A stretch of 64,000 bases of DNA, from assembly GCA_950097015.1 (NCBI GenBank), contig CATNEN010000001.1, forward strand, positions 25,358,001 through 25,422,000, written 5' to 3'. The position numbers and the translations under genes were made by a program. The notes under the pieces were generated by a model. It searched no databases, was not told where the DNA came from, and saw only the letters and a program-made list of their open reading frames with translations. This stretch comes from Macrostomum hystrix (Eukaryota; Animalia; Platyhelminthes). This document shows, in pieces, positions 10,521 through 22,170 of this stretch (its first letter is position 1; the number at the start of each line of letters is the position of its first letter).

Positions 10521-11416
10521 GACTATTTATACGCTGTCCTATTTCAGTTTCAGCCCAATTAGTTCTCAAACTGCACTCCGGGCCATGTAACTATTATTTA
10601 GGTGTTTTTTTCGCACCTGTGTCGCCCGCAGTTTATTTTTGTGTTTCTGCTTTCAATGCAGATTTTCTCCCACTCTTGGCTCACGAATCCCGGCTGCGCT
10701 GCCTGTTGGATTAAGACTAATAACAAATGAACAGGGGGGGATATTTCACGCAGCCAGACTGCCTTAATAACGCCGAGGCCATCGCTCACGCCAACTTTCT
10801 GCTCCAGCTGCCGCAGCCACCTCACATCCGCCCAGCTACCTTATCCTTCTGCTCCTTCGTCCCGGCGATAATTACTGCCTGGCACATCCTCTCGCCCAAT
10901 CCCCAGCAGATCTCCCCCTAGACTGTTGTGTCCCACTTTCCCCGGGCTGGCCAGTCTCGAGCTCGGACTCGAGTGGACCGCTCCGAGAGCCGCTGCCCAC
11001 CCACCTCCTCCTTCGGACTGACTGAGTCCTACTGGAAATCAGGAAGAAGAGAGGGCTTGAAGGACGAGCAGCGGCTGTCAGGTAAAACCAGCAGCAGCAG
11101 CAGCGGCAGCAGCTAAACAAACTAGCCCATCAGCTCACCGACAGCCACTTCAAAGCAACGAACTATAAATCTTGTCTGAGAATCCAGGTCTCAAATAAAG
11201 GTGATTCGGCTTCGGGTCTGAGTCCCAACTCGGTAAGTAGTCAGCCTAATTGGCAGACTTAGCAGAGCGGGCGTTCATGCTTCTGTTAATTGCAATCCAA
11301 TCATAATTATCATAATTATAGCACTTTAAGACTATGATTAAGCAACGTTTTTCTTAATTGATTCTTAAATTTCAACCAGCGCGCACACAATTTCACTGAC
11401 CGGCTAAACCTGCCAG

Positions 11417-12247
11417 ATGGGTCACTGCTTGTCAAAGCGCAGTCTAGGACGCTGCGACAGTCCAGACGTTGATGACGTCGAAAACGACAACGTCAACTGT
11501 GACGAGAGCGAACCTCAGGACAGCGGTGGCAGTGCGAGCAGCGGCAGGCGGCTGTCCGCCACCTCGAAGCAGCAGCGCCGGGAGCAGAAGCGCAGATCGA
11601 CCTCCGCAACGAAGTCTGATGAATTAGAGTCAGGCAGACATTGCCAAGAGCTGCTTACTGAGGACGAGGCCACCTCTCCGACTACACCGGAGAGCTCCGG
11701 GCGTCGACTGTCTTCAGCAGCGCCGCTGCAGAGGCAGCACTGGTCGCATCAGCAGGAACAGAGTCTGCACGCCAGGCGGTATCGGCAGAGGTCTGCGTCG
11801 ACCCCGGCGGTGCCCAAGTTCAAGCCGAAGACGTCACCCGCAGCCGCCGCCGCCGCCCTCAAGCAGAAGTCACATCGGGACGAGCTCTTCGGCGAGCTGC
11901 CTGAAGCTGCCTCGGCTGCCGCCAAGGAGGAGATTGAATTCCTGCGAGGCCTGGTCAAGGCCGGCCTGCTGCCTGTGAAATCCTACCGCAAGATTTCGCT
12001 GGAGGTGCTGATGGACGATCTGGCAACAAGCGGAGGTGGTAACGGCGGTTCGAATACCACAGTGGCGGTGCCGGAGCTGCCCACTCTGGACGAAGAGGAT
12101 CCAGGTGGCGGTGGCGGTGGCGGCGGCGCCGGTGCGAGGCCCTCTGTGAGCCCATCAGCCGGAGCAAAGCGGGGCCGCCACTGTCAGGGCGGTGGCGCCG
12201 TCGTCGGAGAAAGGGCAAACAACGGAAGGAACTCGTGCGCAAATTGA
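11417..12247 (+). CDS. Uncharacterised, probably N-myristoylated/palmitoylated disordered protein (276 aa)
   Basis: GC-rich ORF starting MGHCLSKR, preceded by a 5'UTR intron (GTAAGT 11233 to CAG 11379). Contains several RRxS/RKxS motifs. Confidence 0.7.
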   Translation: MGHCLSKRSLGRCDSPDVDDVENDNVNCDESEPQDSGGSASSGRRLSATSKQQRREQKRRSTSATKSDELESGRHCQELLTEDEATSPTTPESSGRRLSSAAPLQRQHWSHQQEQSLHARRYRQRSASTPAVPKFKPKTSPAAAAAALKQKSHRDELFGELPEAASAAAKEEIEFLRGLVKAGLLPVKSYRKISLEVLMDDLATSGGGNGGSNTTVAVPELPTLDEEDPGGGGGGGGAGARPSVSPSAGAKRGRHCQGGGAVVGERANNGRNSCAN

Positions 12248-14697
12248 TGCTTCGGGTCATTTGAGAGTGGCTTTGATTTCGAACAAAGCTAATGGCGATT
12301 GTACCTTAAAAGGGAATCTGCATAAACGGATTGACCCTGTATATGTCTCAGTTGACTCACCGTGTGTCGTTTCTATCAGGCTAGGCTTTTTCGTGTCGTC
12401 TAGTCGATGTAAAGTAAAAAAATGATGGCCGGTAAATGCTGCTGTAAATTGAGTCAATTTTTCGGGCGTTCACTGCACTATAGGATGTTTTGCACTTTAG
12501 TCTAAAGTACTCGCTTCGGTCTGAGCTATTTTTGAATTAAAAAAACGGCATGGGAGAATAAACTGCTTGCCTGGTTGCTGATAAAGCTTTTGTTAAAGCC
12601 ATACATGGAAGTTACTACTGAAATTACTAATGACAGTAGCTAGACCATCGAGAGACAATGCTGCCCTTTCGGCTGACACCTGAACACAAACAGCACACAA
12701 TCACAGGTGTGTAGATCTGCATGTGAATTAATTAGTAAATTAATTTAGCCTTCTTTGCCACTCACCCCTAAACAGAAGGTTTTCGTGTCCTTTTGTGTCC
12801 GGAAAATTTGAGTTCTAACTGTCAAATAGCAGCTTAAAACTTCATCCTCCAGTTAATTTCCGTTTGACCCGCGCACTCCCCCGCTAATGAGCATCCGATA
12901 ATCAGAAACCCATCGTAAGGATGCGGCCCCAGCAAACATCTATGAAAGATATTTATGAAGAAAATTACTTTTGGGCCCAACAATATCGACTTAAAGACAG
13001 TCATTGCCAGATCATTGGACAGCTTTGATGAATTGTGAGCTCTTGTTTCAGTAATAATACTACGAAGTCTCTCCTGATTATTAGCCGCCCGCGTGCGTGC
13101 CCAATGAATGGGCGAAATATACGCCAATCTGTATTGTGAGCAGCTAAAGGCTAAAAAATAGCGAAATAAAATTGTAGCCTAAGGGCAGGTGAAGTTGCTT
13201 CTTTGCTAATTAGTTTAATGCGTAAATTCGATGTGATTACCTGCATTATGATATTAACAGGAAGGTATTAACTGGAACGAATGACTTGAACATTCTGAGA
13301 GATATCACTCTCCCTGTGTTCTTCTTCTGTGAGTCGGAAAATTCCATAAATAGCATTCTGGGGACAAAAAATGGGAGTGAAGTTGATAGGATTTGAGCTT
13401 AAGGATGAGAAACAGCATCAGTTATCTTCTTAAATATTTCGGAGGCATCTATGAAGCTGAAATGAAGCCATTTCAGTGTGGAAGCCGTCGGCTTGAAAGT
13501 AAGCACGCATTTTTCCAGTGTGTTTAAAAAATCGGCTCGTTAAACAAGAAATATGATGATGTTCCCAAAGGAACTTTAAATAAAGCAGTAGAACTGCGTG
13601 CAATCACGTGGATTTCTTTGACTTTTTTAGCCTCTTGAACATGAGATGTTAGTCGATTCGAATATGATGATTTGGAATTATGTCACAAGAGCATTCATAT
13701 GATATCAGCTATTACGTACGAGTGGACTAAAAAAGTGTATGTTATCCACTTCAGTTTTAAACATCAGTACTGAAACTTGATCTAGCTTTGCAAGTGACCA
13801 AATTTGGTCACTCTCTCAGAGTTAGATTTACATCAGAAAAATCAACTAAAAAGTTGGTTAAAAGTATTGTGAGCTCATCCAGTATCTACTATTCCACATT
13901 TTAAGTATGTCGTAATACATGCGGTAATGTTTGCTAACTTTTTAAATAGCGAAATTAGATCTCTTCAGTTACGATAAGATTAAAATAGGCGCAATTCAAA
14001 GCGTTTTACATCATCAGGGGGGTCATAGTTGCTAGTTCAATACACTAAATCCTAAAATGTACTACGAGCACTTCAAAGTATTTTTATATTGGCTGCTTCG
14101 TTTAGTGAAAATTTAAACTGGAGATTCTCTTCCAAAAATCGATTTGGTGGTAAATCGTAGAAAATGAAAACACATTAAAGCTGGAAAACACTCAGTTAAA
14201 AGAAACCCATTTGCCTCCTCTTTTGTTGTCGCTCGACATTTTGTTCCTCACCTGTCTCACCTATTCTCAGAGAATAACTCGATGCTTTCCATAGCTTCGT
14301 TATCCGAATTGCGTCTAGAAGTGTCAACATCACTGTCAAAACAGAATAATGCGTGGTGGCTTGACGCGATGCTTTGTTGGGTTTTTGTTTTTAGTCGCTG
14401 TGGAAACGCTGCAAACAGCGGCACTTGAAACTTGATCAATTGGGACAAAAATATATTCTCTCAAGAAAAAATTCTAGCTACTTAAAAACTGTGCTGTCTA
14501 GAAAAATAACAAAAATGAGAGCCAAAATGCAAAGATTCCCAGAACTATTTCATTTGCTTTTGCTGCCATTCCTGTCACATTGTTTTTCCGGCCAGATGAG
14601 CTCATTGTTCTCCCACTGACATGTCACGTCAAGGTAGATGTTAAGTGAAGAGAGGAAGTGGACTACCAACTGGCAGCCCTAAATGGAAACTAGGGAA

Positions 14698-14703
14698 TAT
14701 AAA
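14698..14703 (+). promoter_or_regulatory. Candidate TATA box of the multi-CTLD gene
   Basis: TATAAA about 120 bp upstream of ATG 14822. Confidence 0.4.
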
Positions 14704-14821
14704 TTTAGAGAACAAGCTCTTCATCTAAAAGTAGACTTGCTGCTCAGACAAACCACGTTACATTTCAACTGGTAGAGAACTCTTTCCAGAAGTTATTAGA
14801 AGACAAAACGAGGCGCACACA

Positions 14822-17800
14822 ATGGTGCCATCCGGTCAAGTTATGGCCAGCGGTCAAGCCATTCTGCTCGTGCTCTGCCAGCTGGCTTCTCCGACTTTGA
14901 CGTCGTCAGCAACAGGACAGTTCCTGCAGCGCGAGGTAGGCAATTGTCATCCGTGGCCATCGGCGTTGAAACTTCCTGCCGAGATTCAGCAGCAACCGCT
15001 GGACTGCGTGAAGCTGTGCTCCACTGTCACCGGGACTCGAGCCGTACAGGTGCAGGCTCAGGCGGGTGGCGGCTACCAGTGCGAGTGCTACGGCGGTGAC
15101 AATCAGTACACCGAGGCCAGGCCCGGGTGTCAGCGCTGGAAACTTACCGACTATGCTCTGAAGCCGTCAGCCATGGTAAAAACAATACCAATGTTGTTAT
15201 TACACAGTTAGAGCGGTCAGTAGTGTGTAAGGCTTTTGTCTATGGTCCATTGCGCTATTGGTACTATTCCACATTCATAGCGGGAATCATTATTGACCAC
15301 TTGTTTGAAATCTCCCTTTATAGTAAAAATAATATTAATTGCAGGAGGGCTGTGGGCAATGGCACATCATTTGGTGACACTAGACCCGCAGCCAGCGAGG
15401 ACGCAATTCTACTCATTTCGCTGACTCCTGAGCAATCACGCGCACAGATACTGTACGCAGGCATACGCTCACACAGGTGAGCCCTGACTTTCTCATCGTC
15501 AGGCAGTGTACATTTCACTGTGCCTTGGAGGTTGGCCCTCAAGTGCGTAAATTGCACGACAAGCCCCCAAGCCTTCTCTCCGCGGCTGCGCCCCAAATGA
15601 ATGTGCATGGCCTCGCCGTGGAATCGAACTTAGGGACCTTGGTGCGAGAGGCAAATGCGTTAACCGCTCTGCCACCGACCCTCCAGAATGTTTACCGTAA
15701 TGTAAAATCAGTGGTCATTGATTCCCGCTATGAATTTGTCATAATACCAAAAGTGCATGGTTTTCTCGAGCATTATTTAATTAGTATTACCTGCCTTGGA
15801 ATTTCATGGGAGCCACAAAATTGCACGACAAATTAATGTGGCCTCGCCGTTGATTCGAGCTTAGGGACCTTGGTGCGAGAGGCAGATAGATGCACTCTTA
15901 CGTCACTTACCCAGAGAGGAATGTCTATAAAAATGTGTTTCTAGAATGTTTTTTAAATGATAGTGCTTCATTTTTTTCAGGAAACCTGGACCCAACTTCC
16001 CGCTCATTGGCATCCGATTCGCTCCAGCAACAAGCTGGTATTCGGTGTCACGGACTTGCTGCTCGGCTCAGCTGCCGCTGCGGCTGCCTGCTCCGCTGCC
16101 GCGCCAGGGGCCCGATTGTACTCGGTGAAGAGTCTGCAGGATTTGGTCAACCTACAGGTATGAGTTCAGGTGTTTTGTATGATCGATTTAAATCCCATGT
16201 TTGAATGCTTAGTGCAATAAGATCGTCACGTCTTATTTATTGATCCCTATAATTTACCTGATCGCATGCAGGGTTACCTGAGCAGTCGCTTCGGAGCCCT
16301 GACACGCCTGAACGCCTCCTTCTGGATTGATGACCAGTTTACTCCGGGAACAGCTCGACAGTGTCCGGTGATCTCGGTAGCGGATGGCAATCTGAACGGC
16401 CCCATCAACTGTGTGGGTCTGGCCTATTATCCCATCTGTCAGGCCAACTTGTGCATTCCTGATTTCGTACCTGGAAGCGGAGGGTCGTCCAAGTCGGGCC
16501 AGCAGCTTCTGACATTTGCACGAAGGAATGGATCCCTGCACTGCCTGCGCTTCGACGCGAGCGCCGAGTTTTTGGCCAGCGACTCCTGCGGTGGAGCGGC
16601 CTCTCTAGCGCAGCTGAGCTCTGATCTGGCTTTTGCTCAGCTCAAGGATGTTCTGCTTGGCAACCAGAACCGTAAGTGAGCATGCTGGACTGTGCAGCAA
16701 ATTGTGAATTTACAAGCATCCTGTTCTTTATCCGCAACAGTTCGAAATCAGTCTCTGTGGATTGCTGGTCCAGCAGCCGTTCCCATGGTGACAACCAAAA
16801 CCGGAATCAGCAGCGGCTGCGTGCAGCTTCGTGTTGGCGACAATTCAAGCGTCTTCAATGGAAGCTCCGTAACTTCCGCAAGCTGCGGCACTCCAGCGAT
16901 GCGCGTTTGCGAACAGAAAATCAGCGTCGATGCTGACGACGTTCTACTGCCGGTAAGACAGATCCAAGTCGGGATTGATCCAAGTCAGGATTGATCCAAG
17001 TCAGGATTGATCCAAGTCAGGATTGATCCCAGTCAGGACTGATCCCAGTCAGGATTGATCCAAATCAGGATTGATCCAAATCAGGATTGATCCAAGTCAG
17101 GATTGATCCCAGTCAGGATTGATCCCAGTCAGGATTGATCCCAGTCAGGATTGATCCAAATCAGGATTGATCCAAGTCAGGACTGATCCCAGTCAGGATT
17201 TAACCCAGTCAGGATTGATCCCAGTCAGGATTGATCCCAGTCAGGATTGAACCCAGTCAGGAATCCCGAACTCGATGCTGTTCCAACAGACGCGCTGTCC
17301 GGGCCTATTAGAGTCGCGGTTGCCACTCCGTCAGAACAACCGGTGCCTTTTCGTCTCAGCTACTCCGGCGACCAGCGTGGCTGCCGCCGCCGCCTCATGC
17401 TCATCGACATCGGCTGGTAGCGGGCTCTTCGCGGTGAGCAGCAGCTCAGACTACCAGCTGGCCAGACTGTACGCGGCACAGAGACTGTCGCAGAGCTCTG
17501 GAGGGGCCACCAGGCTCTACTGGTTTACTGACAGTCGCCCGGGTTTCGCAACGAAGTCGTGCGCCTTTCTAGATAGTTTCGGCCAGCTGACTCACCTGAG
17601 CAGTGCAGCCGAGTGCTCAACTGTCGCAGCCAACGATCCCATGCTAGCACTGTGCTCAGTTGAGTTCTGCCTGGCGGGCCAGTCGGCCAATCGAATCCGA
17701 GTCTTCTCGCCGACCCCAGCGGAAGTGTTCTGCCATCACTACACAACGGCTAGCGTCGGGAGCTCGGCGGCTTGTCCAATATCCGGCACGGCACTTGCTC

Positions 17801-20800
17801 GGCTGGAGTCCATGACCATTTTTGAGGAAATGCGCGCCACCATGGTTTCAAGGGGATGTGAGTGAGGTCTTTGATGACTGATTCCATTGGTACATTCTGA
17901 TCTACACAACCCTAAAGTAATCCTTAATGTATCCTGAAGGTATCCTGAAGGTATCCTGAAGGTATCCTGAAAGTATCCTGAAGGTATCCTAAACGTATCC
18001 TGAAAGTATCCTAAACGCTTTTTCTCTGTGCCTTATTGATCAACAGGGATAGGTGTTAATTTTTGGATCTCTCCAACTGGATCCAGCGGCCTGCTTGGCT
18101 CCCTGCTAGGCGGCAGCTGCGTGCAGATGCAGGTGACGTCACTCGGCACTAGCGTGAGTTTGGCTCTGTCCTCAGTGCTGCTCTGCTTGGGCTCGAATCC
18201 GCAAGTCTGCGCCGTTAAATTCACACTGACCTCACCGGCTTTCAGTGTGAGTGGCTGCCGTGACGGCCTTGATGTTTTCAGGAAACTGTTGCTTTGATAG
18301 TAGCTTCTCAACAGAAGCCTCTAAAAGTTTCTGTTTTATCTGATTAGCAAATAAACGTTTGCTTCGTTGCGTCATTATTTCTCTATATTGTGCCCTCTCT
18401 GTTTTTGTGTCTCCTCTTTGTGCTTGGCCACGATTGGCTGGCCTGGGCTGCTTACACCGAGCCCTGGGCGAGCCAGGGTTTTTTCCTACCCCCCTGCGCG
18501 CGGGCCATTGGCTGTGGTCGGGTGTGGCCTGTAAGTGTCTCCCATGACACCCCTGTCCCGGTGTTCTTATTTTTAGACCCATGAGAGCCCTTGTGCTCGC
18601 TTCAACCTGGAACCCGTCCCTAAAAGTGCATAAAATAAACAGCCCACATTGTTCTACAATTCTAAAAACCGTCAGTCTGCGTTCGTTCCATCATTTGACT
18701 GCCACGCGACGATCGGGAAGCTTAGCTCCGGACTTGGGAGGAAAGTAATAAAAACGCTCTGTTTACTTATGCAATTTTGTGATAATGTGAACCCCTGAAC
18801 CGCAGAGCTCGTGCCCCGGCTATCCGACTAGCTGGAATGCGCAACGCCACTCCAACGTGTGCACTTTCTGCAACCTCGGCGACACTCTCGCCTACGATGA
18901 TGTCGCATCGCCTGGACGGGCCTGTGGAGGTCAGCGACTCTTCACGGCGACCAGTGACGAGGACCTGCTGCTACTAGCGAGCTACGTCAACGTTCAGCTC
19001 GGAGTCACCTCCTCGACGACGCAGTTCTGGTTCACCGATGCGCGACTTGCCGAGTGGGTTCAGAGACGTCGGTGCAGCCTGATCAACGGTCTGGGTCAGG
19101 TGACCTTCGCCGAGACTGACTCGCAGTGCGGCCAACTGGGCAGCCACTCTGCGATCTGCCAGGAGGACCTGTGCTTCGGCGGAGCCTTGGCGCCGCTGCC
19201 TCCAATCCGCTGGCTGGACGTCTGGCAGGACGGAGACCAGCTGCGCTGTCACCTTCTTGTGACCGACGCTGCGGCTACGACGGGAGCGGCTCAGGCCAGC
19301 TGCGGTGATGGCCGACTGGCGGTGCTCAGCTCTGATGGCGTCTTCAACCGGATTAAGACGCTCGTCCTCGAAGCCACCAGTGAGAGTCGGGAGCGGGACT
19401 CGAGCAAATAATTATAATAAAAGTTATAATTGTGGGCACATCTAGCCAGACTTTTTTATAGTCAGTCATTGTGCACAATCAATGTGCCTTTTTGGGTCGG
19501 CCCTCATGGGCGTAAATTGCAGGACAAGACCCCAAGCATTCTCTCCCCGTCTTAAACCCAAATTAATGGTGGCTCGAGAGACAGTCGCAAATAATTTGGG
19601 AATTATAAATGCTACTATAAGTACGAAACGGTGCAAAATTGCTTTAATTAAGTGCTGTAGAAGTGTGACCAAACTTTTTGAAGATGTTTTTTGATTCTGA
19701 TTTTACTATTTAAAGTCTTGAAGAATAGGGAAAAGGCGCAATTAAAAAGGGCTTAAGCCACAAGTGCCGCAACTGAGTTGAGTGCCATCTGCTTCTCCAG
19801 GAATCATGAAAGAATTAGTGCCAATAAATGTAAAATAAACACACACGCTTGAGTGGCATTAGCTGCATGGTCACTGTAGCTGATGCGGGGCAAAGGTGCC
19901 AAAACAGCACGTCCAAGCGGTGTGGCAATCAAACTGACAGCTTGCTCAGTCATGCGCCCAGGGACCCCCGCTGAGGCCACAGAAGCGAAGCAGAAAGACA
20001 AAGTCTTTGGAGACTCAAAAGCAATAACTTCTCTATAAAGCTTTTAATTATTATTACTTGTGCTCAAACTTGGTAGCACAGCCAGCGGGTGATGAGCTCT
20101 CAGAGATTGTTACACTGTGAACGCAGAATTGCCACATTTAGGTCGGACTTTATTTAGACATTCTGAACAAAAAATGCTTGTCTATTCTTTATCCAGATTT
20201 CAATACATTTATCATTCGTGTTAAACTAAAGTTATCGACCAAATTCTTAACCTCCCTGCAGTGTCCGGCTCTTCATTCTGGGTTGCTGGAAGTGACTCAG
20301 CACCGCTGATAGCCGCCAAGATTGGTCAGAGCTCACCCGGCTGCGCACTGCTCAAAATCTCGAGCGCTTCAGCGGCCTTCGACTCAGCCTCTGTGAGAGC
20401 AGCAGCCCTGTCAACCGGCTGCTCGGCACGAGCTCGCTTTGTCTGCCAGAAGAACATATCAACCCTGGCGTCAAGCGATTCAGCTGCTGTCGATTCCTCG
20501 CCAGGCTCTACTGTGCTACCATCAGATCGATGTCCATCAAGGACCACTGGTTACAGCAATGTCACGAACCTCCGGCTAGTGCTAACAGGCATCACCGGTG
20601 GGGATCAGTGCTACTGGATGGCTGCTGGAGTCTCCACCGTGGTGTACAATGGACCCGTGTACTGCGGTGGCCGGCACATGGTCAGCTTGGATCCGGATGA
20701 CTACCTGGCTGCGCGAAGGTACGCCAGGAGTTTGCCAGCAAACTGGACTGTCGCCTGGCTCTGGGGCGAGACCGACAGGTGGTCCAGCCATCTGGCCACG

Positions 20801-21720
20801 AGACTGGGCCAGCTGAGAATCTCTCCCGGTGAGCTGTGGCCGTTCTCCAATCGGCTGGTCATCGACTCGACAGGCGATCTGACGCGATGCGACGGTACTC
20901 AACAAGTTGGTGTGCTCTGTCGCAGTGGACCTCTGTGTCCTGGCGTTGACGGCTTCCTTGGAGGCGCCTTTGTCAACGGGAGCTGTGTGTACGCCACCGC
21001 GAATGTTCTGCACGCGTCCAGCGCCGCGTTGAGCTGCGGCGGAGTGGACACCGATGCGCGTCAGTTGGCGACACCTTCGATGGCGGTGTCCTCTGCTGTA
21101 ACAGTGGAGTTCGCTGATCTCCGAGATGCTCTGCTCAGATTCGGTCGTGAGTTATCCTCAGCGGTGAACAATGCTAGTAGTCACCTGTACTTTAGGTGGA
21201 GCAAAGCTGGCTGCTTGAAGGGGGTGAGTGGCAGAGCGAGGTCTAACGCGTTCGCCTCCCGCAGAGCGAAGACTTGGGTGGCTTGTCTAGGGATTTACGT
21301 CTCCTTTGAGACACAGTGAGAGTGTACACTGCCGGACAATGAGAAAGTCAGGGCCTGTCAGGCTTACACACACCTGTGTGAGTATGAGCCTGCGTACAGT
21401 CTATGTGTGAGTGTGTGCTCAGGAGTCAGCGATATGGCCTCGCTGGCTGCGGGTCTACTGTCACCAAATTATGACAAGCTTCTGATATTGAGATAATCAA
21501 TAATTTGTATAATCTAGTTGTCTCAACTTTCGATGCCAAATTCGCAGTTGGCAACACCAGCCTCTGGTTGGCGGCCCCTGGCCCCGGCCAGTGCTCGATC
21601 CTGCGTGTCAGCGGCTCAAACAGCAGCGAGTCCGACTCAGTCAGCACTGGCGTCTGCTCCCTGCTGCAGCCGCCGAACCGAAACCTCTGCGGTGTGTACT
21701 GGACCGACAAACTGCTCTGA
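14822..21720 (+). CDS. Secreted multidomain protein: WSC/PAN-like module plus 8 divergent C-type lectin-like domains (about 1190 aa, 9 exons)
   Basis: Exons 14822-15175, 15981-16157, 16272-16671, 16741-16952, 17290-17857, 18047-18246, 18806-19379, 20262-21146 and 21518-21720 join in phase (0,0,1,0,1,0,1,1) with GT-AG ends. Hydrophobic N-terminus. Repeated C...C...LA/LF...(F/L/Y)W(I/F/V)x...C...C...(I/V/L)C pattern. AATAAA at 21816. Confidence 0.8.
15325..15683 (-). mobile_element. SINE family A, full-length tRNA-derived SINE in intron 1
   Basis: Minus-strand head GGGTCGGTGGCAGAGCGG (A box)...CTCGCAC loop...GTTCGATTCC (B box), a body of about 270 bp and an ATT-rich tail. A second head fragment lies at 15820-15885. 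Confidence 0.85.
16960..17263. repeat. 16-bp minisatellite (ttgatccaagtcagga), about 19 copies, filling intron 4
   Basis: 16-bp period directly visible. Confidence 0.95.
17928..18017. repeat. 11-bp tandem repeat (gtatcctgaag) in intron 5
   Basis: About 8 copies. Confidence 0.85.
21260..21470 (+). mobile_element. SINE family A fragment in intron 8
   Basis: cacagtgagagtgtacactgcc...gagaaagtcaggg...cgctggctgcgggtctactgtcaccaaat. Weaker fragments occur at about 19470-19570, 22950-23020, 40500-40570 and 48170-48355. Confidence 0.75.
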
Positions 21721-21899
21721 AGGCGCTGTCTGATGGTGGAAATAGATCACTGTTTTCGCAAAGACCTACGTTTATACGACCGGATACTTCGAGCCGTATT
21801 TTTCCTTTGATCACAAATAAATGAGCTCCGTCACATGCTTAGTTAAAACATTCTTTAGATCATTGGTCTTCTTTCTAAGGTCTAGTCCTAGTCCTCACT

Positions 21900-22170
21900 C
21901 CCAAGGTCAGTTGGTTAGTCTCTCATCCTCAAGGTCACTGCAGGTTCCCCAAGGTCACTAGAGTTTAGTCTCTCATCCTCAAGGTCACTGGAAGTTCCCC
22001 AAGATCACTGGAGTGTAGTCTCTCATCCTCAAGGTCACTAGAGTTTAGTCTCTCATCCTCAAGGTCACTGGAAGTTCCCCAAGGTCACTGGAGTGTAGTC
22101 TCTCATCCTCAAGGTCACTAGAGTTTAGTCTCTCATCCTCAAGGTCACTGGAGGTTCCCCAAGGTCGCTG
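21900..22170. repeat. Composite 30/20-bp tandem repeat built around CAAGGTCA
   Basis: Units agtctctcatcctcaaggtcactagagttt and caaggtcactggaagttccc; 80-bp higher-order period. Confidence 0.9.

Noticed and set aside
15610-15683. tRNA-Ala gene (also 43200-43270)
   Set aside because: The acceptor stem is imperfect and the sequence continues into a shared repeat body with an ATT tail, so it is a SINE head.
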